A DNA stretch of 64,000 bases from Octopus vulgaris (taxonomy: Eukaryota): the NCBI GenBank assembly GCA_951406725.2, contig OX597822.1, positions 90,582,001 to 90,646,000 of the forward strand. Direction: 5' to 3'. Below the pieces are notes generated by a model. It had not been told where the DNA came from. It saw only the letters and a program-made list of their open reading frames with translations, and searched no databases. Below, piece by piece: positions 40,182-52,003 of this stretch (position 1 is its first letter; each line of letters begins with the position of its first letter). Made by a program: the position numbers and the translations under genes.

Positions 40182-40525
40182 TCAGACTAGTATGTTTTAA
40201 AGTGAAGTATAATTGAAATGATAAATTAAATGCACTTGAGTGTGCTATTAGAAGCATGTTGCAAAGCATGTGATAGTGCAGGGGGATTGTTCTGAGCATG
40301 GTTGGCATGTTGGGTAGATAGATGAGTGTTGTAAATTTGCAGTTCATTGATCTTGGAAAAGGAAACACAAATATCAACAAGTAAGGTATTTAATATCTTA
40401 GATAGTAAAAAGTCAATGTATTTTAGTGGAGAGATTAGATGTGATTTTAGTAGCATAAGTGTGAAACAATCTTGGATTAGAAACCAATTTATCTGTCTGT
40501 CTCTGTCTGCTTGTCTGTATGTATG

Positions 40526-40568
<43 letters not shown>

Positions 40569-41102
40569 CTTTGGAAGTACGCTGTGCGTGAGAAGACCCG
40601 GCAGGACAAGTGAGACCATAACCCGTGGCCTCTACCTGGTATGTAGCCAGTCCACTTATGCATACCTTTCCTTCTTGGGACACAAAACTCTACTTGTGAA
40701 GACCTGTTGAGGCAAGTGAAAATCAAATAAAAAAAATCAAAATCGAAATCGATCAACATCAATGGAAATTGTAGCTGTGATACCAGTGCTGGTGGCACAT
40801 AACAGAACCATCCAAACGTGGCCGTTGCCAGCGCCGCCCCGACTGACCTCCGTGCCGGTGGCATGTAAAAAGCACCATCCAATCGTGGCCGTTTGCTAGC
40901 CTCATCTGGCACCTGTGCCGGTGGCATGTAAAAAGCACCCACTACACTCTTGGAGTGGTTGGCATTAGGAAGGGCATCCAGCTGTAGAAACATTGCCAAA
41001 TCAGACTGGGCCTGGTGCAGCCTTCTGGCTTCCCAGACCCCAGTTGAACCGTCCAACCCATGCTAGCATGGAAAGCGGATGCTAAACGATGATGATGATG
41101 AT
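40569..41102 (+). mobile_element. RTE-type LINE 3' end (2586 family)
   Basis: '[14 protein letters not shown]', shared UTR and (GAT)n tail. Confidence 0.88.
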
Positions 41103-41299
41103 ACACATAGTGAGAATTTTCAAAAAAAACAAGACGAAGATGAATGTATAAACAACAAACAGATGTATTAGTTTATATATGCTTAATTTTATGGTACTCA
41201 CCACAATAACTATTGATTTATAATACAAGCACAAAACGTGTATCTAATAAACAAACTTTTGATAGTCTAAAGTTCTTCTGAGATGTTTACTTTTTAATT

Positions 41300-43190
41300 C
41301 TTTTGTGTATGTTCTTTTTTTATATTTCTCCTACCTATTTAAAACTTGTTCCATTTCTTGTATAGACTTTTAAGCATTTTCAAGAAGCAGTTGATTAGTG
41401 TGCATGTTTCCCCTATCCCCAAGCAATAACTGTGACTTGGCTGTCTATACCCATCTCTTTCAACATCGCAAAGGTAAAAAAGTTATAAACAATCCCCTTT
41501 TTTATTAATTGATATCCCTTTTCCCCTCTCTAAGTATTGGTACTGTTTCTGTAGAGCCAGATCTGCTAGATTCCTTTCCTGTCATAACCTATGATCACCT
41601 CCTTTTAAGAACTTTAATGGAAACAATGTTGATGCCCTTGGCATCAGCAAATCGTTCGGCTATTACTGGTATGAAAACCTATCACCTAGGTCTTTCATCT
41701 CTAGAAGAGGAAATTTCCTTTTACGAGTTCTTTCGGTTTCACATTCTATCAACTTAATTGAGCATTTTATTTGGTTATATCTGCCAAACTCTTTATTTAT
41801 ATTAACAGCCTTCTTGCCGTCACATCTAATAATACACACTTGTATATAAATGACATTCATTTCCACTCCTTAACTTTGTATATATCATGTCATATAATCA
41901 AACTAAACAAAACACGGATTCACTAACTACACAATATCAAGTTCTTTTTCCCTCTTGAATATCATGCAAAACCACTTCCATGATATTATTAGATTATTGT
42001 GGCTCTTACTACTAAACAGCGCTCAAGTCTTAGTGATGTTCACTTTTTGGTCTAAAATTTTCAAGCATATTCTATAGTTAGTCCTGAATTTCTATGTAAT
42101 TTCTTCAAGGTATACAAGTTACAGTAAACCACCTGGCATTTTCTTTACCGACTTAATCTGATGTTATGCCAGTTATTGATGTTGACTCTTATCTTCAGAT
42201 AACTTAAGTCGATCTAATATTTCTAGTATTTTGGCAGTTTTTCATTTCTAGATACTTAATTACTCACCCCCCACACACATAATCTCTTTAGCTGGTTCCA
42301 CTTGAGTAGAACCTATCTTTTTTATATTCTTTGTTCTCTAAAATTTATTAAAGCATTACCTTTGTGAGATGTGCCTATAGTAAGTGCATAACATTTTAAA
42401 TTAATTCTCCTCAATGACCCAATTTGTTCCAACACTCTTTCTTACAAATTAGAACCCTTTTTACCCTTTGGTATAGAATAGAATTATTGTATCTCTTACT
42501 CTTTTTGGCCACAGTGTTTCTTGCTGCTTAGCCAGACTGCCTCTTCACCTATTAAACTCTGTATAATAAATAAAAACTCCAGAGTTTAATCCTTTGTGTT
42601 TGGAAATAGATGAGTGTTAGAGGAATTTTATATCTATTCTGGGAGGTAGAGATTAACTTAGCTGTTTTTTTTTGTTGTTGTTTAATGCTGATGAATATGT
42701 AGTAGTTTTTTGTTAAGATACATGTTTTCATCTATTTTTGAAGGCAATTGTTTTGGATAGAATTGATCAGATCTTTACTCCAACCTTTATTTTTCTTAAC
42801 TAGATACCAGAACAATGCAATATTTTCTCTGGATTGATGTTTTGCTCTCACATATATTTTCTATGGTCTTTATAGGAAACTATTATGAAACTATTACTTT
42901 CTCCTTCAGTTTTTGCCAGATAAATCAGTATTTTTTTTGTCCTCTGTCTTTGTTTATCTAGTGGAAAAGACTCTAGTTTTTACTGTTGCAGCAACAATAA
43001 TTTGTAATCTTATAGAAACGTTACATGTTTTAAAATCCCCATCATGGATTAGTCATTATACTAATTTCCTATTTCCCACTCCAGTTTTAGTGAATTAACA
43101 TTTTTGATTTATTACATATAAAAGGCTTAATCATATCTACAGCGACCTTGTCAAAATTGCATGATTGTGACATCAGTGATATGATTCTAG
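41300..43190 (-). mobile_element. Possible very old L1/Tx1-like ORF2 relic
   Basis: Scattered minus-strand motifs only: 'GDF' near 43035 and 'IKYL' near 42255. No continuous frame. Confidence 0.3.
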
Positions 43191-43196
43191 ATTTGT

Positions 43197-43757
43197 TTTT
43201 ACTCTTTTACTCTTTTCAGTCATTTGACTGCGGCCATGCTAGAGCACCACCTTTATAGTTGAGCAAATCGACCCCAGAGTTTATTCTTTGTAAGCCTAGT
43301 ACTTATTCTATTGGTCTCTTTTGACGAACTGCTAAGTTACGGGTACGTAAACACACCAGCATCGGTTGTCAAGCGATGTTGGGGGAACAAACACACACAC
43401 AGACATCATCATCATCATCATTTAGCGTCCGCTTTCCATGCTAGCATGGGTTGGACGGTTCAACTGGGGTCTGGGAAGCCAGAAGGCTGCATCAGGCCCA
43501 GTCTGATCTGGCAGTGTTTCTACGGCTGGATGCCCTTCCTAACGCCAACCACTCCGTGAATGTAGTGGGTGCTTTTTACGTGCCACCCGCTCAGGTGCCA
43601 GACGGAGCTGGAAAACGGCCACGAACGGATGGTGCTTTTTACGTATTAGTTTAATGCTTAGGAATTGAAAAAGTCTTTAACATTTTGAGCCTACGCTCTT
43701 CCACAGAAAGGAACACAGAAAGAAACAAGGAGAGAAAAAAAATGTGTAGTGGGTACC

Positions 43758-43790
<33 letters not shown>

Positions 43791-43941
43791 ATGGACTTCT
43801 TCCAGTTTCCGTCTACCAATTCCACTTACCAGGCTTTGGTCGGCTCGAGGCTATAGTAGAAGGCACTTGCCCAAGGTGCCATGCAGTGGGACTGAACCCG
43901 GGACCATGTGGTTGGTAAGCAAGCTACTTACCACACAGCCA
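43197..43941 (-). mobile_element. SINE family A split by nested inserts (RTE tail 43404-43643 and Penelope-like fragment 43644-43757)
   Basis: The SINE tail half ends at its (CA)n near 43402, and the head half resumes after the (TA)n near 43775. Confidence 0.85.
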
Positions 43942-44727
43942 TTTCGAAAAAATTTATTCAGGCAAATTTTTATGAATATTTTTGATTAGATATAACAAAA
44001 AAGCATGGTTGTGTTTCATATATTCTGGAATGAACTTAGGAGTAAATAACTTAATGTCAAATTATGTCATGGTCAGAAAAACTATATAAACTTCAAATAT
44101 TCTCCATATTACTGTTCTAGGTTGGTTATCTGCTATATAATCTCTTATGGAATACCTGTTAGTTTTCAGAAAACTTAAAATTTTTAACCAGAACCTAAAG
44201 CAGATGTACATACTATTAATATTTATTTTACATATGTTCATTCATCATTTTTATGACCATCTTTAATGATCCCAATACTAATCTTATCACTAAACCATTA
44301 AAGATTATTGTTGCATTATTGATTCGGAATTACCTGTCTGTTATGTTCCTCTGATGACATACAGGAGGAGTATGCTTGATTACAACTAATACCAGTGTGT
44401 TATGTATACTTATTTCATTAACTTGAGATGGAGGAGGGCAAAGTCAATATGTACATATTTTAAACTCGGAAAAGTGAGATGTCAAACTAGATGCAGTATA
44501 ACATTGAGTGAAGTAAGGGCAAACACAATTACAAAGCAAGAAAACTTTAAACAATCAAGATTCCACCTTCATTAATGAGAAGTTAACATTGACAAATATA
44601 CCCAAGATAGGCAGAGATGATATTTCTCATTGTTGAAAAAATTGAAATAGGTTCTCAATTAATTAAAATTGAAGCTTTGGTGTGCAGCATGATGAAAAAT
44701 TAGTCTGGTCTTTAGCAGGTATGATGA

Positions 44728-44775
44728 CAACTCCAGATATGTTTCGGTCATATCAGACCTCTTCAGTAAAACATT
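44728..44775 (-). ncRNA. Minimal type-I hammerhead ribozyme motif (probably decayed), Penelope-associated
   Basis: Minus strand gtttta-CTGAAGA-GGTC-tgatat-GACC-GAAAC-ATATC-tggagt. It lies downstream of a 'YIGFT' GIY-YIG-like fragment (ORF 45121-45384). Confidence 0.6.
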
Positions 44776-46697
44776 TATATTGAGGATAGAAATGCTGAAT
44801 GTGCTGAGGGCTTGGTCTTAAGTGATACACTTTTCAGAGGGGTAAGAATTATTGTAAAAGAAGTAGGTGATACAGAGTAAGGACATAATATGTCAATGGA
44901 TTCTTCGATCTAGTATAGCATTGAGTTGCAAACTGCCAATCAGTTGGATTTGCTGAAGAACGTCTAGCAGATGTATCAGCATAACTCTGTATTTAGAACA
45001 ACAATATGCAGACACTGGAACTATATAGGGGTGGAGTAAATTCTTTGCCTGAAAGGAATGCCTACCTAGCCTTTGGGAATTGTTTTAACTATATTATAGA
45101 TATCTAGTAACCATGAAAAATCAGTTTGTAAAGCCTATATATGGAGACCTGTCTTGGTACTGCTGATGGTTATTTATTGGAGGTTTCAGGTTACTTAGTT
45201 TGGTCTGACATGTGTTGATGATATCTGGACAGGAAACGTGTAGGAAACAACCAGTGGAGCACCAGAGTTGATAGATTGTGGGTGTGGAACAGCCTTGTTG
45301 ATGTATGTGAAGATGAAAGCTGGTACCCATAAGCAAGTAACTTTGCCAGGAAGTTGAATGCTTTGTTGATAACTTTACTTTCACTGAAGCTCTAACTATA
45401 TGGCAATAAAGTTGTTTGTAACCACATCTGTCACCTTTGGGATGATAGAAGTAAGTTCAACAGGTCAATAGTAAAAGGCTGCCATTCTATAGAATGTAAC
45501 ATTATTAAGTTTACTGTTTTTAGTCCCAAGTCAGTACTGAGAGAGTAGACCTATATTCAGAGGCATTCCATTGTAACCATTCTACCTTGTTTTTGTTCAT
45601 TGTAGCCCTTTTTAAGAATGAGAGGTATTTAAGAGAATGTGGTTATTGTTTCTCACAAGTTAAGTAACCACATCGGCTTCCTATTAAGTGCTTCCAGTGA
45701 GGCATAAAAATGGAAAGGTTGAAGAGTTTGGTGAGGATAGAAATTATCTTGGGCTCACATTGAATGCTATGGGAAGGACACTACTAACTTCATTCAGCTA
45801 TATCTAAAATGACTTGTGGAGTCATTGTGTTTCGCAGCTGTGTGTTCATAATGGTGAGGCAGGTAGAGATGAAGAGGAGGTCTGGGACAAGTTTTGTGTG
45901 CTGAGTGGAATTGGAAATAGCATAAACATCAAATGTGGTAACTTATACATAGGAGTACTACTTTAAGAGCCATTGTTGTTGAGAAGTGGTGGTTAGGAAC
46001 TAAAATTTAGATGATGATTGGGCATGCTATTCATGCACTGCATGAAAACACCCATTACTTTCTTGAAGGAAATTTTGTTATGTTGAAATGATTGGTAATG
46101 GTTTATGATTATCTTCAGGTGTTCTGAATTTAAGTAATCTATTTGACTGTATTTAGTGGGCCAAGAGTGAAGCATATGCATTATTCCCCAAAATATCTTG
46201 CATAGAGCTGGCATAACATAAACTCGTGAACTAACTAGTGAAGTAATGAAAGATTTAGGTGTGAACAGTTGATATACTGCAGAATGATGTGAGCTGCCTT
46301 CACTGAGTAATGATTGCATGCAGAATGAGACTAGACACTCTCTTTACTCCTTTACTTGGTTCAGTCATTTGACTGTGGCCATGCTGGAGCACCACCTTTA
46401 GTCAAGGAAATCAACCTCAGGACTTATTCTTTGTAAGCTTAGTACTTATTCTATCAGTCTCTTTTGCCGAACCGCTAAGTTACGGGGACATAAACACACC
46501 AGCATCAGTTGTCAAGCGATGTTGGGGGCGGAAACACACACACATATACATATATACAACGGGCTTCTTTCAGTTTCCATCTACCAAATCCGCTCACAAG
46601 GCTTTGATCGCCCTGAGGCTATAGTAGAAGACACTTGCCCAAGGTGCCAATCAGTGGGACTGAACCCGGAACCATATGGTTGGTAAGCACGCTACTT

Positions 46698-48772
46698 TAT
46701 TTGATCAAATTTGCCATAAAGGCAGTACATAGAGTAAGGTATCTTGCAGGTTGGACACGGACATTAATGAGGTGAATGATAATGATACAAGGATGACAAG
46801 GATGGGAGAAAACGAAAAGTGCCTGCCGACTTTTGCTTCTCTAAAACGTTCTTTTTTAAAAAATACTGAATGAGGTATTAACCCTCTTACAATTTTATTA
46901 CACTTTATGGACTAAAAAGTTCATTACAATTACAAACAATTTAATAGGCGATAAACCTATTACACAAATGAGTCCCTAATAAACTTTCTTGCCTCCTGTG
47001 GCATTCCAGCAGCTGCAAGTTGGGGGCCCATAAACAAGATCTGTACTCTTCCTTTGAGAAGGAGTCCATTATATGGTAGAGGTTCCTTTCTTCTAGTACC
47101 CGAGCAGCCACCTGCAGAATACAAGTCGAGTCTATTAGGTCCCGACTCTCAAAGGAACTTTCTATATAATTCTCTATAGCCCCTCCCCTGAGATAGAAGA
47201 TCACATGTTCCTCATCATTTCCACTGGGAGGGGCCTTCTTCTTTCCCCCCTCCAGTTGCTCATGTTCCGCCGAAGGGGTTTTGGAACATACCGCCGGTGC
47301 ACCTGCAACCGCCGGCAATGCCCTGTTTTTCTTCTTCCTTTTTTCTTTTTGTTTACGATGGGAGGGTGGAGTTCCTCCGTCATGTTCAGAAGTCCCTCCT
47401 TCCCTCTTGCCACCTCAGGATCCATTGTTGCCCACCTTTCTTTTTTTCCTTTTGTTTTTGAGGAGGTTACCTCCTCCTCGACTTTCTCTACCTCTCCCTC
47501 CGCTAGAGATTCAGGAGCCTCTCTTGGCGGGGACAGGGAGATCTTCTATTAACTGCTCCAGTACCCTTGCTTGGTTCTTAGAGCAGTTTCTTTATGTGGC
47601 CTGATTCCAAGCACAAGTGACACTTGGGTGGGTGGGTGGGGGGGCGTCCCTCAAGAATCACTGGATATCTAGAACCGGCCATCTTTAGGAAATCTGGAAA
47701 AGCCAGATCTTTGGCTGATTGGGTCCATCGGGTCAAAATTGCTTTCGAACCCACTCAATCAGCCACAGGAAGCATTTTAACATTTAAGAGCCTGGCTCCG
47801 CTGCCACTCAGATCCCTGCGGATAGTGTCCTCTATCCACTTGGGCTCTATTCCGGGTGGCAGCCCACACACCCAGGCTCTTGTCAGTTTCCTCCCACGAT
47901 ATGTGGGGAGAAGCAAAAATTTTTCCCCTTCCAGGGGCTGACTTGTGAAAATGCAATCCTCCTCAGGGGTGTCAAATAGCAACCATATTGTTGCAAATTT
48001 GACACCCCTTGCAATAAACTTCATAGTTGGCAGGTATTCTGCTCACTCTTTCTCTATCTTGACTTGAGGGAACACAGTGATGGTATCAAGGGACTTGGAA
48101 TATGTCCTCAACATCACCATTCTCTTATTAAGTTCCTTTATCCACTGCTTAGAGGGTAAAATTTCTCACTCCAGTACAGTGTTTTTCTTTGTTGCCATGC
48201 TTGCAAAAACAAAGAAAGAAAAAGAGTTCAACAAAGTTCAAATATTCCAAATAAAAGTTCATTAAAAAACACAAAAAAAGAACAGAAAGACAGAGCAGAA
48301 AAAAAGAACGAAGGAAGACAGTTCAATTGACGGCAACACAATTCTGCCACTCCGGTAATCCTGGTCTAAAAGTAATCCACAAGAATACAGGTACTCCAGT
48401 TCACTGTCGCAGCACAAAAATTAATTCTTGCTGTCTTCGTACTCCTTGCCCGTGGTAAATCCAATGGAACTTCCAGGGCACGAACACAGTCAGAGACAAT
48501 ATTCGCAAAGAAAAATATTTTTGCAGAGGGAATATGCCTCCCAAAAACAATTCTCACTGCAAAGTGATTTCTTTCACAGGACCATAGGCAAGCAAGTGTC
48601 TGGAGCAGAGTGGAGACTGTTGCTCAACAAAAATTATTAATTACAGAACAACAAACTCCACTAAGCCCCCCCTCCCAATAAAACAAACGCCTACCTGTAG
48701 TCGTGCTTCAAATGTTCAATTTTTCACGGCGAAAGATGTGACTTCCAAGCAGCACAAACTCCTCTGTAGTAA
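46698..48772 (-). mobile_element. ORF1-only non-LTR retroposon (HAL1-like) with a 16-bp TSD
   Basis: TSD ggtaagcaMgctactt at 46682-46697 and 48773-48788; A-rich 3' end (aaataaa); a single decayed ORF1-like frame and no RT. Confidence 0.7.
46941..48198 (-). pseudogene. L1/Tx1-type ORF1 (Gag-like) pseudogene with a CCHC zinc knuckle
   Basis: ATG 48198 'MATKKNTVLE*' is in frame with the tracked ORF 47755-48024 ('RAWVCGLPPGI'). The frame continues to 'YPVILEGRPPTHPPKCHLCLESGHIKK' and a frameshifted final Cys, then a basic low-complexity tail. Confidence 0.65.
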
Positions 48773-50359
48773 GGTAAGCAAGCTACTTACCACACAGCCA
48801 CTCCTGCGCTTGGTAATTTGGAACTGCCAACTGGATATAGAACTTGTTTAGGTGACTAGTTTTTAGCACTGGAGGTAAACACACACATGGATGCATACAC
48901 AGAAATATACACATATGGATCGTGAGAGAGAGAGAGAGAGCCATTGCAATTTATTAATTAAACATAATTGGCATAAACACATTCCCTCTCCTCATATGCA
49001 TAAATACAAATATGCTCACACATATAGACATAAAAAGAGAGAGAAAATAAGAGAAGCATTAAAATGTCTGAAGTTAGATAAGTTGATATAGAATCAATGA
49101 TGCCAAACAGGCAGTGCTGAAACACTTTGGCCAAAATGTCTCATACTTGTAATGTGAAGATAGCTGGGTAAAAGTTGGATGAAGAGGTCGGAAAGAGATC
49201 ATGGTGTTTGGAGAGTTGGTAGGTGTGTGACAAAACTAACTGGTTTCAACAGTTCAAGTTAGAAAATGTTAGCCTCCCTGCTTGTATCGTCAATATGAGA
49301 GTGAAACTAGATCTTGTGTACATGAAAGTTACCAAGAATAATAAGTAGTGAATTGAGATGAGTCATGAAAAAAGTGAATTCTATGTATGCATAGAGACCA
49401 TCTTCAGGAAAGTTGAGTTATACCTGACTGAGTTCAGTTACTGCACAGGAGACTTGGTGATGTCCTCAGATCCATTCTGCTAGGCATCTTATACCTCTAT
49501 TTAGTTGCAGGGGGTGGGGGATAGTGAGAGATGGATAGAAATTGGGATGTTGATAGTCAGAGGTATACAGAAGTGAAAGTAGTGAGTGGCGAACAAAGGT
49601 GAGATGTGATAATAGTTGATATGATGGTGTTAAAATTAGGGATGTGTGTCAACAGTGGCTTGGGGAATAGGGAGTGATGACTGGCAACACAGAAAAAAGT
49701 GGTCAATGGAAAATACAAGTGGGGAGGGCTGATGTTAAGAATGAGAGATGAATGTCGAAAGGATGTGGTTCTAGGGATGATGATGCATGTCACAAGATGG
49801 AGGGATGAGTGGTAAGGAGATGAAGGGTAGCGTGGGGTAGCAGGTGAAGGCTTGACTGGGACATATTGGGCAAGAGGGTGGGAGTTACATCCATATGTGC
49901 TATTCTTCAAGAACCAATCAACTTCATCATTTGTCATCTTTGAAAGATTTAAATTTCTATGCCCTGTTTTTTCTCAACATATTTGTATTCTGTCATTCAT
50001 GCACTTTAGCATTGTATGTTCAGCCAATGTGCTCCATTTATTCCTAGTCTTTGCAAGTCCTCTACATTTAGAGTCCACATCTCACTGTCATGTAACATTG
50101 CAGTTCATACATCAGCTCCTTGCAGTCTACCTTTCAAAAGAGAGAAGCCTTTTTTGTCACTAACAGAAATAATAACACCCTGAATTTTTCCAGCCTGTTC
50201 TTACTCTGGCTCCTTACTTTCAGGACATCCACCACTAACAAGGTCATCTTGGTAACAAACTATCTACTACCTCTAAGAATTCTGGACATTTCATAAAATC
50301 TGCCTCGTGTGTGCTCTTAGTGTTTATTGCTCTTGCACATGTGCCATATACTTTCTCTG

Positions 50360-50790
50360 TGTTATGGGTATAATAGTAATAATGGAACACCCCTCCCACG
50401 TGTCAAGTGGTATGTGCTAGTTGCTATAAATAATGTGATGTAGGAAGTCAAGGCAGTGTTAGTTGGGCAGTTGTCATAGATAGATAGTCTAACTAACTAA
50501 ACTGCTATACCAGATTACAACAGTGGTGATGAGAAATTAAAGGACTCACGAGGGTTAAACAAACTCACAAGGAGTTATGAAACTCACGAAAGATTTTTGT
50601 GTGAATTTTACGGTATACAGAATCATAAAATTATGGAAGAATTGTTGGCCAGTTTGCTTGAGTTGCAAAAACAGCCACAACAACAACGAAGAGGACTGTA
50701 TCACATATGCTGGTAGAGTTAACAGAGAATGTGAAAAGTTCAAACCGGACGAGTTAACACCAGATATGTGTTTATGTTGCAAGTTTTCAA
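50360..50790 (+). mobile_element. Gypsy LTR-retrotransposon relic (LTR, PBS and gag fragment)
   Basis: TGTT...AACA (50360-50522) followed by PBS-like TGGTGATGAG; gag-like 'EDCITYAGRVNRECEKFKPDELTPDM'. Confidence 0.6.
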
Positions 50791-51001
50791 ATTAGATATC
50801 ACAAAATCTTTTGCCATGTATTCTTTCTTCTGAATTGCATTTTTAATATAAATGATGTATTACATTGCATTTATCTAGGTTAGTGACTGAAATTGGTGAA
50901 ATGGAGAGTTGTGTAAGATGCATAATTCTTTGCTACTATACTTACACTTTTCCATCAGAAATATTCCTGCTGTGATCCCTTTTAAATTTTTTGATACTAA
51001 C

Positions 51002-51607
51002 AGATCTTTTCCTTTTGAACGGCACATGTCAACACAATTTCTAGTTAATTAAACACTTTAAAACTTCGTATACTGGTAGAATGTGTCAAAATAAAACATT
51101 TTTTTCTCTTGGCTTTCTTGAGAAAATTGTAATTCGTTTGTTTAACGTAGTTTAATTTTTCGAATTTTAACCAATCAATTGCCTCTAATTGAGCTAAAAT
51201 CATTTGTTGCATCTAAAACTGAGACAACATCCTGTCACTAATCCTAACCCTCACCCTAAATTTAAGCCTTTCATTTTTTTTTCTTAATTGTTATCCTTAA
51301 ATTAATTTAACAATTAAGAAAAAAAAAAACGAAAGGCTAAAATTTAGGGTTAGGATGAGGGTGAGGGTTAGTAACAGGATGTTGTCTCAGTTTTAGATGC
51401 AGCAAATGATTTTAGCTCAATTAGAGGCAATTGATTGGTTAAAATTCGAAAAATTAAACTACGTTAAACAAACGAATTACAATTTTCTTAAGAAAGCCAA
51501 GAGAAAAAAAATGTTTTATTTTGACACATTCTACCAGTATACGAAGTTTTAAAGTGTTTAGTTAACTAGAAATTGTGTTGACATGTGCTGTTCAAAAGGA
51601 AAAATCC
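51002..51607. mobile_element. Fully palindromic (fold-back) Merlin-like MITE
   Basis: About 290-bp arms in inverted orientation around 51300; 8-bp TSD atactaac at 50994-51001 and 51608-51615; TIR related to the 12954 MITE. Confidence 0.9.
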
Positions 51608-51706
51608 ATACTAACTTACCCATGATCATGGAATGAGATGAATTAGCTGTTTAGATGCTGAGGATTTGGCACCGCTGACTGGACAGTCAGCCTGTTTTGC
51701 TACAAT

Positions 51707-52003
51707 GTTTTGTTTGTTCCTTCTCGAGCCATGCCTGGCTCATAAAGGCCGGTTTCTTGGCGTATAGGTTCCACACCTGGACGGGATGCTGGTCCGTCGC
51801 AGGTGAGCTGCAAGATGCAGGAGGAAAGAGTAAGAGAAAGTTGTGTTGAAAGAGTCAGCAGAAGTTCACCATTACCTTCTGCTGGAGCCACGTGGAGCTT
51901 AGGTGTTTTCGCTCATAAACACACATAGTCCGGTCTGAGATTCGAACCCGCGATCCCTCGACCGTGAGTCCACTGCTCTAACCACTAGCCCATGTGCCTC
52001 CAC
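51707..52003 (-). mobile_element. tRNA-derived SINE (family D, V-domain-like 3' part) with an 11-bp TSD
   Basis: Head 'gggctagtggttagagc..gggttcgaatc', then 'cctgcgacggaccagcatcccgtccagg'; TSD tttgYtacaat. Confidence 0.85.

Larger units (their letters stand above)
46338..48809 (-). mobile_element. SINE family A whose head is split by a 2.07-kb insertion
   Basis: SINE body at 46338-46697; the remaining head 'ggtaagcaagctacttaccacacagccactcctgcgc' is at 48773-48809. Confidence 0.88.

Noticed and set aside
40226-41056. Longest tracked ORF (276 aa, minus strand)
   Set aside because: It is an antisense read of an RTE 3' UTR plus (TA)n. Similar peptides recur at every copy of the repeat.
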